A stretch of DNA of 20,000 bases from Parvularia atlantis (lineage: Eukaryota), in contig CALSCO010000649.1 of the NCBI GenBank assembly GCA_943704415.1, positions 45,930-65,929 on the forward strand, given 5' to 3'. Below are positions 1-11,600 of this stretch, piece by piece. The stretch's first letter is position 1, and every line of letters begins with the position of its first letter. Under the pieces are notes generated by a model. It worked only from the letters and a program-made list of their open reading frames with translations. It did not search any database and was not told where the DNA came from. The position numbers were made by a program, and so were the translations under genes.

Positions 1-97
1 GTGGTTCATCAACGCGCGCCGACGCGTACTCCCACGCATGCTTGCCGGTGCGTACAAGCGCCCGCGCCCGCCACCGCGCCCGCCCAAGCCGTCGTGA
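1..97 (+). CDS. 3' end of a TALE-class homeodomain transcription factor (TGIF/Meis/KNOX-like); partial, runs off the window start
   Basis: Frame from nt 2 reads WFINARRRVLPRMLAGAYKRPRPPPRPPKPS* (TGA 95-97). WFINARRR is the TALE helix-3 signature and the following VLPRML resembles TGIF. Not in the ORF track because there is no ATG. A GTGCG at nt 48 could be a donor, so the exact 3' end is uncertain. Confidence 0.8.
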   Translation, partial: WFINARRRVLPRMLAGAYKRPRPPPRPPKPS

Positions 98-245
98 GGG
101 AAGGCACCTGCGCTACAAGCTAGCCTGTACAGCGCTATTGGGTGGGGGCCTTTTTTGCAGTGTGGGTGGAGGCTACACGGTTAAGGCTGCTGGCGGCGCG
201 GTCGTCAGCAGCCGCACACGTGCGCGCACTCGCGGCCGCACCGTG

Positions 246-1938
246 TCACTTGTGCACAGAGCCGGGCGGCAGCTGCATGAGCATGCACAGGAAGCCGAGG
301 TTGGGGTTGACGCAGGGCCGTCGCTGCCGCACATAGTCCAGCGCGCCGTCGTAGCTGAAGCCCTCGTACAGCTGCAGGAACGCAATCACCTGCCCACGCC
401 CCGGCAATGAGCGGCGCAAAGCCAGGCGACACGCCCGCGCAACGCACCACCGTGGCAGAGCGAGAGACGCCCGCGCGGCAGTGCACAAAGACAGCGCCAT
501 CGCCTCGGGTCTTGACGGTCGCGATGAACGCGCACATCTCCTTGACCTGCTCCTCGAACGCGTGGCCCTCGTCAATGCGGTCGTCGGCGGCCATGTTCTT
601 GTACACAAACTCCTGCGCGCGGTCGGGGCCGTGAGCGCCGCGCAAACACGCAGCGCGCACACGCACCCCCTCGTGATGGTTGCTGCACTCGCGCGCCGCG
701 TTGACGATGTAGCGCACCCTGAGCCGCTGCAGCAGGGCCGCGTCGGCCGCGTCCTCGTCGCTGCCCATGTACAACCACGGGAAGACCTCAGAGGGCGGGA
801 CGTAGCGCTGGTCCGAGAGGTCGGCCTCGGACGGGTGTGCGACCGGCAGGCTCAGGTTGAGCTGCCGGAAGCGCGCGGGCCCGGGCGCGTGCTGCGGCTG
901 CGGGTGGGCCGGCGCGGGCTGGGTCGGGACGGAGAGCGCCATGTGCGCATCACCGCAAGCGGTGTGCGCGCGCGTCGGGTGGCTCTGGTTGGGCGGCGCC
1001 TGGACGGCTTGCGGGTGCTGGTGCTGCGGCGGGTAGTCGCACAGCTCCGGGTAGAGCCGCTGAAAGTCCGCAAAGCCGCCTGTGTAGGCGCGCGGCGTGT
1101 CAGGTGTGTGCTGACAAAGCGGGTGGGCAGCCGCGCACCGTCGAGCCGGCACACGTCGGCGATCTGCTCGTCGGCGCGGAGCATGTCGAGCAGGACCGAG
1201 CAGGCCCGCGCCGACTCGTAGTCGTCGATGAGCACGACGGTCTTGCCCTGGCGCTGCGCAAAGTGCTCCTTGCTCTGGTCGCTGAGGAAGATGGACGAGA
1301 GGCGCGCGCGCCCGCCCACGCCGTCGCCGGCCCCCGTGCCGTCCTCGAGCGCGCGCAGGTAGCGCCGCAGAAGCACGGGCGGGATGTTGAGGTTGTGCGA
1401 GCCGCGCACGTGCGACGCGTTGAACGCCATGAAGTTCCTCGTGTCCAGCAGGAGGAGCTCGGGCATGTCGGTCGCGTTGGGCTCGGTCGCGTCGCCGCCG
1501 TTGCTGACCTTGAGCTGCACGCGCAGGGCGAGCGCGAGCTCGTCGGCCGAGAGCGGCGCGTCGAGCGCCGCCCGCTTGTCCGCGGTGACGAGAGCAGCGC
1601 CGGCGGGCGAGGGCGGGCTGCTGCTGGCGGGCGAGGCGTCGACCGAGTGCGACCCGAAGCTGCATCGCGACGCGTGTGAGACGGCGCGTTTCGTGTCGCA
1701 CGCGCAGTGGGGCGCACCCGTTGACGAGCCCGGCCGGCGCGGTGCGTGACGGCGCGACGATGAAGCCCGACGCGGCGCGCGGCACGCCGTGGTGGGCGAA
1801 GCGCAGCAAGCGCCGCGGGCTCGGCAGGCTGCTGGTCGACGACGGCCGCGCCCACGCGTGCGGCGGGTCGTCGTTGCCGGGCGCCGCCGTGCTGCGCGCG
1901 CCGAGGCGCGGCGGCGGCGGCGGCGCGGCCGAAGTCAT
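246..1938 (-). CDS. Dual-specificity MAP kinase phosphatase (rhodanese/CH2 domain + DSP catalytic domain), 5 exons
   Basis: GT-AG introns at 1717-1660, 1138-1080, 666-613 and 447-390 join the frames. Rhodanese-like LLLLDTRNFMAFNASHVRGSHNLNIPPVLLRR...LDGGFADF; DSP motifs PSEVFPWLYMGS, VFVHCRAGVSRSATVVIAFL and VRQRRPCVNPNLGFLCML. Confidence 0.92.
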
Positions 1939-2180
1939 GCCGAAAATAGCCGTTTGGCCGAATATAGAACCGCCGCGCGTTCACCGGGGGACGCACGGCG
2001 CAAGGGCGCACGCGGGTGGCAGACGCGAGCAGGCGGCGGTGGGTGAGTGACGGCTGTCGTGAGTGCGTGCGGCGACGACGCGGCGGTGGTGTCGGCAGGT
2101 GGCAGGAAGAGAGCCGTTTGGCGGAAAAGGTGCGTGACAGACACGTCGTGTCACTGTTTCAGCCGCGCTCCAGATGCGTT

Positions 2181-3202
2181 TCAGACGTCTACGATCTTGG
2201 CCGGCGTGGCGCGGGCGTGTTCGGCGCGGTTGAAGGCGACCATGCCGGCGCACGTCAGCAGCACGCCAGCCGCGTTAAGTGCGCTCGGGACGGCGCCCAG
2301 CCACGCCACGGCGACGAGGATGACGACGATGCGCTTGGTCACCGACGCGATGCTGAACACGAGCGGGCTCGCGAGGGCCACGGTGGCGTAGGCCAGCGCG
2401 CCCTGGGCGTACTGCGACGCACCCGCGAGCACGGCGAGGCCCCAGAAGCGCGTGAGTGACGTGGGCGAGGCGTGCGCGCGCGCGTCGCCGACGATCGCCG
2501 GCAGGTCGAGCACGAGCACGGCGGGCGTGAGCAGGACGAAGCAGATGAGCGACGACGTGCACATGAGCGTCAGCTCGCCCAGCGCGGACGGCTCGGCCCC
2601 GGCACGCTCCGGCCCGGGCGCGCTCAGCAGCCGCTTGGCCTCGAGGCTCTGCCACGCCAGGACCGCGACTGAGACGAGCGCCGCGAGCGCGCCGAGCGCG
2701 TCAAAGGCGTAGTCGCCCGCGCAGGCCAGCGCGACGCCGGTGCAGATGGGCACGAGTGTGGCGAGGACGAGCGGGGGCGTGCGCTGCCCGTGCACGGCCC
2801 AGGCGAGCGCGACGGTGAAGAGCGGGCCGATGGCCTTGATCGTGTGCATGAGCGAGAGCGAGATGCGCGCGAGGCTCGACGACGACGTGACGTGCGTGAA
2901 GAGCCGCGCGACGGTGAAGGGCAACATCGCTCGCACCGTCGCTAGCGACGGCGGGAACTGGACGCGCGCGGCGGGCACGAGCCACCCGACCGCGAGCCCA
3001 AAGAGCACGTTGATGCCGAACGCAATGTACGTGACCTGCGCGCCCAACTCGGAGCGGCGCGTGAGCGTGACACGGGCGTGATGCGCAGCGGGCGCACCGT
3101 CAGCGCGCGCGGCAGCACCTGCAGCTGCTGCTTGGCAAACATGCCGCTCAGCGAGCTGGTGATGTACCACCCGGCGCAGCACGCGATCAGCTTTGCGTTC
3201 AT
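2181..3202 (-). CDS. Triose-phosphate/nucleotide-sugar transporter family protein (SLC35E-like), 2 exons
   Basis: ATG 3202, intron 3097-3036. Multiple hydrophobic helices; motifs CAGWYITSS, ISLSLMHTIKAIGPLFTV, TLVPICTGVALA and SPLVFSIASVTKRIVVI are typical of the TPT family. Confidence 0.85.
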
Positions 3203-3264
3203 CAGTTAGGGGCCTATGTTTGATCGAAATGCATCACGCGGCGCGGCACACAGCGCACAACGGG

Positions 3265-3967
3265 TCAGGGGCCAGGGTACGTGCTCTGAAGCACCTGTGT
3301 GAGCATGTTGTTGCACAGCTTGGCGTACGGGTTGACCGTGACCGCCTCGCGCCGCGCGACCTCGCTGCCCAGCTGACCCGCCCGCTCCAGGTCCTCGAAC
3401 GCCTTGGCGTCCTCGCCGCGCAGCTTTCGCAGCAGCCCGCGCTGCGTCAGGCCCTGCCGCAGCGTCGCCGTGTCGTACGCGAGCTCGACCGCGCGGTCCA
3501 GGTCCAGCAGCGCCAGATCGTCCTTGTGCATCAGCCGCAGCACCTGCGCCCTGCACGCACTGGTCAGTGCTCATGCGCTCGCGGCGTACGCAACGCGCAC
3601 CGGTTGTTGTACGCAGACGCGTACAGCGGCGCCCGGGCGATCGCCGCCGTCAGCAGGTCGTACGCATCGCGCAGCCGGCCGCCCTCGGCCAGCCGCACAG
3701 CCTCGCGCTCGACCAGGCGCAGCTCGTCCTGCACCGTGTCCGTCACCTCGTCTTTTCGTGCGGATGTGTGAGTGGATGCGCGCGGGTCGCACGTCGATGC
3801 GCACCTGGCCGCGATCGCAGCGCCGGCTGCACGGGCTCGGCTGCGCGCCCTACCGTCCGCTCGCCCTCTGCGCGCGACGCACAAGCTCAGCGGCGGCGGG
3901 CGCGGCGGCGAGGCGCGCAAGACGCACGCGGCGCGAGGATGAAGTCGAGGATCGCGTCGTCGGCCAT
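3265..3967 (-). CDS. TTC36: Tetratricopeptide repeat protein 36 homologue, 4 exons
   Basis: ATG 3967 (MADDAILDFILAP), introns 3927-3868, 3804-3752 and 3600-3551. Spliced protein has ASAYNNRAQVLRL...LLDLDRAVEL...QRGLLRKLRG...AGQLGS and the C-terminal NPYAKLCNNML signature of TTC36. Confidence 0.87.
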
Positions 3968-4063
3968 TCCAACTGTCCGATACGAATCCTCGACGCGCCA
4001 CAGACGTGGATGCCGCAGACGCGGGACCCGTCGTATACACAGTCAGTTGTACATCAGCGCGAG
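3968..4063. promoter_or_regulatory. Probable bidirectional promoter region between divergent TTC36 and RasGAP start codons
   Basis: Only 96 bp between head-to-head ATGs (3967 minus, 4064 plus). Contains TGTACA at 4048-4053. Inferred from gene geometry. Confidence 0.55.
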
Positions 4064-7000
4064 ATGGCCGACGACGACGGGGCCACAGCGGCCGCGCCGG
4101 CCGAGCTCTTTGTGCTGTCGCGCGTGCAGCTGACGGAGCGGGTCGTGCAGCTGGAGAAGCTGCTGCTCGCGGAGCGGGCGGACGCGCAGGTGCGTGGCAC
4201 GTGAGCACGACAGCGGCGGCACGGCGCTCACACGAAGGGGGGCCAGCGCGCACGCGTCTTCGCGGAGCAGCGCATCGCCGAGCTGCAGGAGCAGCTGAGC
4301 GCGGCGCACGGCCGCGTGGCCGAGCTGGAGACGAAGGCGCGCCGTGGGAGGCGGCTCGCGCGACGTAGGCGGGGCAGCTGACGCCCGCGCAGGTCACCGC
4401 GTCGCTATCCCCTGCCCACCACGACCACCACCACCACCAGCAGTCCCGGCGCCTGTCCACCGACCACGCCGCCGAGGGCGCGATGCGCAATTCGAGCTCG
4501 AACCTCGCACTGCAGCTGCCGGCCGCGTCCGGGGGCGGCAGCCGCTCGCCCAGCCCCGGTGCGCGGTCTTCCACATCGACATCGGCATCAACAACGACGT
4601 CGGCGCTTAACCCCACCCCGCACGCACGGTCCACAGACATGCTCACGCCCCGATCGGTCGACACGGTTGTCGACAGCCGCCGTCTGCAGCGTGGCCAGCG
4701 GTGCGCCTGCCCATCCCGCACGACGTGATCGCGCGGCTCACACACACGCGGCGAACAAAGGTGGTCGGAGCAAGTCCGCATCACCCGCAAGCTCTTCGTC
4801 AAGATCTGCGAGGCCAAGGACCTGCCCAAGGGCTCGCACATGATGCCGTCGTTCATGGCCAAGAACTTCGAGTCCGAGAGCCAGTACGTCAAGCTCGCGC
4901 TGGACGCGGCCGAGTTTGGCCGGACAAAGCCCGTCGCTAAGCAGGTGCGCTCGCACCATGGCCACGCGCGTGCCCATGTCGCACGCACAGGCGATGTGGA
5001 ATGAGGAGTTTGAACGCGAGCTGGACGGCGCGGCCGAGGCGCTCGTCGTGACCGTGTACGTCAAGGGCAAGATCAAGGGTGTGCGGCGACGAACGGCCGC
5101 GCCCCGGTGCTCATGCCGCACCCGACACGCAGCCGTGTTCAAGGACACGGCAATCGCGCAGCTGTCGCTCCGCCTCGACTCGCTCAACAAGGACTCAAAC
5201 AGGCACGAGGACTGGCTGCCGATGTTTCGCCCGCGCGCCAGCAAGGACAACGTGCGCAGGCGACGCTGCCGTTACGCAAGAGGCTGACCGGCGCCGCGCA
5301 TGCAGCTGCTGGTCGGGAGCATCTTTGCGGACATTGTGCTGACGACGCGCGACCCGCACGCGCCCAACGGCGTCGTGACCGTGTCGGTGCGCATCATCGA
5401 GGGCCTCAACCTGGCCGACCGCGAGGAGGGCGGCTGCTTCCCCTGCGTCGTGCTGCACATGCTGCCGGACGACGAGCTCAAGTCGACTAAGCAGACCCAG
5501 CCGCGCCTGGCCGAGAACGTCGACCCGGTCTTCAACGAGCTGTTTGTGTTCACGGTCCCGCGCCAGTCGCTCGGGGAGTGCGCGGTGCGTCGCTCGCGTG
5601 CAGCGGGGGCGGCGTGCGACTCGTGCTTGACGCTGTGGCGCAGCTGCACATGTCGGTCTGGAACAACAACCCGTCGCTCAAGAAGGAGGCCTATCACGAG
5701 GGCGACTTTCTCGGCCAGGTGCTCCTGCCGCTGTGCGAGTTTGAGATCCTGCCCGAGAGCGACAGCGTGCCCGAGGGCCCCGGGTGCGGCGCCGTCTTCG
5801 TGTGCTTGCTTGTTGGGCGGCGTGGCTGACGCGGCGGGGCTCGGCAGTCGCTGGTACACGCTCAACGACCGGCAGGACAAGGAGAGCAAGAGCATGCTCG
5901 CGGGTGCCGTCGCGGGCGCGGCCAACACCGCCGCCAAGATCATGTCGCGCGCCACGTCGAGCAGGACGCTCGAGCGCGTGCAGCAGCGGTCGCACGTGCG
6001 TGCACACGCGCGGGCGCGTGGTATCTGACGTTGTGCAAAGTCCAATCTGCAGGCGCTCCTGCGCAGCGCGTCAGACGCGCAGATGGGCCTCGCGCAGCTC
6101 GCCAAGCACGACATTGTCCAGACGACGTTTGCCTCGCCGACCGACTGCGAGCAGTGCGGCGGCGCCATTGTGCGGCCCGGCTACAAGGTGCGTGCGTCTG
6201 GCACGGGCCAGCGTGAGCGTACGCCTGCTGAACACGGCGGCGGCGGCGCAGTGCAAGGTGTGCAACATGACCATCCATGACGCGTGCCGCCCCTACGTAA
6301 GCATCCCGTGCGCGACGGCCGGCTCGCTGCGCCTGGCGTACCGGTGCGCTGGCCTGTGCGGCGTGGGGCTCGCTTGACCACCGGCGACGCAGGTACACGG
6401 AAGAGTCGATGCTGCCGTATGGCGCGTACACGACGCTGCTCGAGCTGGTGCGTCATCTTGTCGCTGGTCGGGTGCTTGCCGGCTAAACCCAGAAGCACAG
6501 CTGACGGAGGACAGCATGGCGGTGCTGACGAGCCTCGGCAACGTGTGCGAGGTCGACCGCCTGAATGAGGTGTCCAAGTGCTCGGTCAACATCTTCCAGT
6601 CGCAGGTGCCCGCGCGACGCGGCTCTGTACGCGCGTGCGCTGACGCCGCTGCACGCAAGGGCACGGCCGTCGCGTACCTCAAGCGCCTGATCACGGCCGA
6701 GGTGCAGTCGACCAAGGACCCCAACACGATCTTCCGCGGCAACACGATCGCGACCAAGGCCATCGACTACTTTATGAAGCTGATCGGTGCGCGGACGCAC
6801 GCAGGAGGGCAGGGCGGACTGACACTCTGCCAAGGCCGCGACTACCTGCTCGGGACGCTCAAGCGCCCGATCAACGAGATCTTCTCGGAGAAGAAGAACT
6901 GTGAGCTCGACCCGTCGCGCGTGCCCAACCCAGACAAGCGCTCCACGGTCGACTTTGCGGCCAACCGTAAGAACCTGCTCGGTGCGCGCGCCTCGACGAC

Positions 7001-8330
7001 CCAGTGCCTCGTTGTGCTGACCGGTCCAATGCAGTCGTGCTCAAGAAGCTACTTGACGCAATCTTCGCCTCGGTCGAGGCGTGCCCGCTCCAACTGCGCA
7101 AGATCTTCTCGCACATGCAGGAGGAGGTCGAGAGCCGGTGCGTGCGCGCGCACCTGCACAGCGCGCAGGCTGCTCACGCGTAGCGTGCCCAGATTCGCCA
7201 ACGAGCCCGAGATCCGCTACATCGTCGTCTCGGGCTTCATCTTCTTGCGCTTCCTCTGCCCGGCCATCCTCGGCCCAAAGCTCTTTGGCATCCGCTCGGA
7301 CCTGCCCGACTTTGCGACCGCGCGCACGCTCACGCTCGCGGCCAAAGTGCTGCAGGTGCGTCCGACCTGCTCGGCTTTTGGCGCACGTCTCACAAGCGCC
7401 GCTTGCAGAACCTCGCCAACATGGTCGAGTTTGGCCAGAAGGAGCCGTACATGATCGAGATGAACGAGTTTATCCGCGAGCGCAAGACGAGCATGATGGT
7501 GCACCGCTCCGTTCGCGCTGCCCGCTGGCCTGACCCAACAACGCAGATGTTCATCGACGCGCTCTCGGGCAACGTCGGCGCGCTCCAGCGGCACATTGCC
7601 GACCTCGACGAGCGCGTCAAGGCCGAGATCCGCGTCTACGAGGGCGCGCAGGTCCTCAAGGACAAGGGTGCGCCGCCGCTCTTTCAGCGCGCGACGGCTG
7701 ACCGCGCAGCCGACCGCGCAGCCGACGCCACGCGCAACAACCGCACCATGGTCAAGAAGGAGGTCACTGCCTCGCAGCTCAAGATCCTCGAGCTCAACAA
7801 GGAGCTCGACACGCTCAAGAAGGCCCTCGACGGCTGGAGTGCGCTGGCCGTGCGCTACTGCGGCCGCTGCACACACTCACGCCGCCCGCGCCAGCCAACG
7901 ACAAGGGCGACTCGCCCGAGACCGCCAAAAAGTTCAACGTCGACATCGAGGTCGAGCTCGCCCGCCTCCACGGCCAGCTCAACGCCAAGCACTCCGACGT
8001 CGTCGCTGCTCTCGAGGTAAGGCGCACTTGTGGTTCTGCGCTTGCTCAACTCCGTGCGCAGGCACTCGACAAACACGGCGTCAGCATCGCGCGCGCCCTC
8101 GTCGCCACCCTCGACGAGCTCGACGCCATGCGCAACCGGCTCTCGCGACCGGTGCGTGCGGGTAGACAGCGCGCAGTGGCTGATCACGCTCGCGCAACAA
8201 CGAGCAGAAGACAATCAGCGCCAGCGCGCCCAGCAACCGCGGCAGCGTCATCGACCTTGCCGGCGTCGGCGCAGCAGGCCCGGGGGCGGGGGCGGGAGCG
8301 GCGCAGCAGCAGCAGACCAGTGGATTTTGA
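4064..8330 (+). CDS. Multidomain Ras GTPase-activating protein: coiled coil - C2 - C2 (with inserted C1) - RasGAP (with inserted HR1-like coiled coil), about 24 exons
   Basis: About 23 short introns spliced manually. C2A (KLFVKICEAKDLP...FGRTK...WNEEF); C2B (VRIIEGLNLA...VDPVFNELFVF...DFLGQVLLPL); C1 (HDIVQTTF...CEQC...CKVC...HDAC...C); arginine finger DPNTIFRGNTIATK; RasGAP signature SGFIFLRFLCPAILGPKLF and RTLTLAAKVLQNLAN; stop TGA 8328-8330. Confidence 0.92.
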
Positions 8331-8611
8331 TCAGTGGGTGGGGTGTGCGTGGTGGGAGAGAAAAGGGACGAAGCGTGTGTGCTGCCGTTCGCAACTTCAC
8401 AGCAGCGGCACGGGTCGTGTCAAGCGTGACGCGCTTGCCAAAGGCAGCTGCGAACGGGTGCATAGCTCCACCATGGCGAGCATGAGCGGCGTCACACCCG
8501 CTGAGACGCACGGGGCTGCTTGCGGGCGCCCTTGTCCTCATGTTTCCTCGCGCCACCATTGCCGTCCGCTGGGTGCCGCGAGAATATTGTGCGCTCAGCC
8601 ACCCGCCAGAC

Positions 8612-11600
8612 ATGGCCGCGCCTGCATCGGCGACCTCATCGTCGTTCCGGCCGTTTGCGGTGGACGTGCTCGTGGACCCGTCGGTGCTGGCGGCCAACAA
8701 GCTGCGGCTCGAGTCGATCGCGGTGCTGGGTGCGCGCGCTGCTGTGCCGCTGCCGCTGCTGCGACTCGCCTGACGTCGACGCAGAAAACTACCTGCTCGT
8801 GGGCACGACGGACGGGCAAGTGTGCGTCTTTGGCACGGAGAAGCGCGGAGCCAAGGCGCGCACTGCTGCTGCTCGCACGCATCGACGGTGGACTGACGGC
8901 GATGCGTGCAGCTGGACGTGCGGCTGGTGCAGAAGCTGAGCCTCGGCGTGGCGCGCAAGCCGGTGGAGGAGCTGCTGGTGGCGCTGGCGCCGCGCAAGGT
9001 CGTTGCGCTGTGCGGTGCGGGCGCTCGCGTGCGTGCTTGTGCGCAGGCACGGCCGTAACGCCGGCGTGGGCGGCGCAGACGGTCACGTGGTCGTGCTGCA
9101 GTGGGCCGGGTCGCAGCTGCGGCTGGCGCCAGGCATCGCGAGCGTCAAGGGCGTGACGTGCGCGTGCCTGGGAACGCAGCGCGCGGGCAGGCCGATCGCG
9201 AGCTTGGTAGTGGCGCGCAAGCGCTCGATCGCCGTGTACGAGCTGGCCGAGTCGCTCGTGTTCGAGAAGGCACTGTGTGCAATGCGGGCGCAGGGTTGGG
9301 CTGACGCGCGGCAGCAGGAGGTTGCGCTGAAGGACCACGTGGTGATGATGCGCTGCCACGGGAGCAAGGTCGTGCTGGCCAACACGGAGGAGTACGGCAT
9401 CCTCGACCTGGACAGCGAGGAGGAGGTGTCGATGATGTCGTACAACCTCGAGGTGCGCTCGGTGTGGGAGCGATCGCTGCGCTCACGGGCCTTCGACGCC
9501 AGGCCGAGGTGGCAGGCGGCAAGGCCAAGACGACAACGGTGCAGCCGCTGATCCACCACATCATGGACGATGAGTTTTTGCTGGCGTTCACGAGCGTGCA
9601 GCGTGCGCGCGGTCGTGCGATGAATGCGTGCGCGCGCGTGCTGAGCACGGCGCACGGCAGGGACGAGCCTCGGCATGTTTGTTTCGACCATCAGCAACAG
9701 CGCGTCGCGCTCGACGTTGCAGTGGTCGCTGTACCCGAACGCGCTCGGTGCGCGTGTGCTGCTGCGGCCGCGGGCGCTTGTCGTGCTGACGCACCGCGGC
9801 ATATCCAGGCTTCCGGTTCCCGTACGTCGTGGGCGTGCTGCGCGAGACGATCGAGGTGCACTCGATCACCGACCAGAAGCTGCAGCAGACGCTTGACATG
9901 CCCGGGCAGGACGAGGCCAAGTGCGCCGCCCGCGCGCGTGCACGGCTGGTCGCTCACGTCGGTCGTGCGGCGGCAGGGCGCTGTGCGAGGGCTCGGGGCG
10001 GACGCTGTTCATCATCACGCGCAACAGCATCCTCGCGCTGACAATGCAGACGCTCGAGGCGCAGGTGCCGGCGGTTGCGATGCAGGGCGCGCACTCAATC
10101 CCTCCGCGGCCAGATTGAGTCATTGCTCAAGCTGCGGCGTATCGCCACGGCGACGAGCATGATTGAGCTGTACGGGTCGGGCGAGAACACGCGCAAGGCA
10201 TGATGCGGCACAGCGCAACCTCGCGCGCTCGTGCTCACGCGTGCGCACAGAATCGCCCGATCGCCGAGGTGTATGCGCGCGCGGCGTTTGTGCTCGTGCG
10301 CGAGGGTGCGTACGCCGAATGCGTCGACTACCTCAAGCGCGGGCACGTGGACGCGCGGTTGATCATCGCGCTGCTGCCGGGCATCTCGACGGCGATCTTT
10401 GGGACGGCGACGCTGACCGAGCTGCACACGGCACTGCGCGAGCAGTACGGCATCACGGGCAGCATCGAGCAGCTCGGTGCGCGGTCGTCAGCCTGCGCGA
10501 CAAACACTCACACGCTCGCATCATCAGCACAACAGCAGGCGTCGCCCACGCGCCCGGCCCAGGCGACCGTGCGCGCGGCAATGTCGGCCTTTGCGCAGTA
10601 CTTGCTGCACGTGCGGGCGCAGGGCGATTCCGACAAGACACTCCGTGAGGTGCGCGTACGATTGCCCTGCGCATGCACCCACGGTCTTGTAGGAGGTCGA
10701 CACGACACTGCTCAAGATCTTTGCCGACACGGACGACCCGCATCTGTACCAGTTCCTGGTCGAGCCGAATGTGTGCCTGCTCGAGGAGGCCGAGGACTGC
10801 CTCAAGAGCTTGCAGGTGCGTGCGCGGCTGTGCCCTCGTTTTGCCCGTGAACCCGTCCGCGCGCGCAGAAAATGTATGCCCTGGCGCTGCTGTACCGCAG
10901 CCACGGCCTGCACGACAAGGCACTGTCGGTCTGGGTGCGGCGCCGGCCGGGGTTGCTTGTGCGGTCAAAGCTGAGCACGCCGCAACAGGTGCGCCTGCTC
11001 ACGCGCGAGATTACGACGACCGAGACGGTCGGGTCACTTGAGGACTTGGCGGCGTACATGACCGAGGTCAACGAGGCGCGGCTCATCTGGAAGCACGCCG
11101 ACACGGTCTTCAAGCTCAACGCGGCCGTGGCCGTGCGGGTGCGTGCGCTCGTGTCCTGGCATGTGCGCAGGTGCTCACGCTGGCCCGCCAAGATGTTTTT
11201 GTGCCGCCGCGAGCCGCTGCTGCCGCCCCTGGACGTGTTTCGCTTCGTGAGCAAGTTTGGCGACGAGCCACTGCGGCTGCTGCTCGAGTACCTGATCACG
11301 CACGAGCAATCGAAGGCACGCGGTGGCGCGCGCGTGCCGTGCGCTGCTTTTCACCCAGTGTGGCACGGCAGGTCGAGCAGTTTCACACCGAGCTCGCGTC
11401 GATCTACCTCCGGCGCGTGCTGGCAGCGCAGTCGGGCGAGGCGGCGTCGCCCCAACGCGCGAGCTTATGTGCGTCGACGTGCGCCGCCTGTTTGCGCATG
11501 CTCACTGCGGCCGCTGTGCAGACGACGACGAGCCGAGCGATCGCGTCGACGTCGACGAGCTGTTTGCGCGGCGCACGGGGCCACGGCTCTCGTTCGAGGC

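Noticed and set aside
205..1938. 577-aa single ORF as the phosphatase protein
   Set aside because: It reads through introns in the wrong frame. The rhodanese domain and the C-terminus lie in other frames and are joined by canonical introns.
4417..4443. His-rich HHDHHHHQQ tract in the RasGAP N-terminus
   Set aside because: Short trinucleotide-type low complexity in a disordered linker, with no evidence of function.
3564..4988. 474-aa minus-strand ORF and many other long Arg/Ala/Pro-rich ORFs
   Set aside because: These are antisense or off-frame shadows expected in high-GC coding DNA, with no domain motifs of their own.
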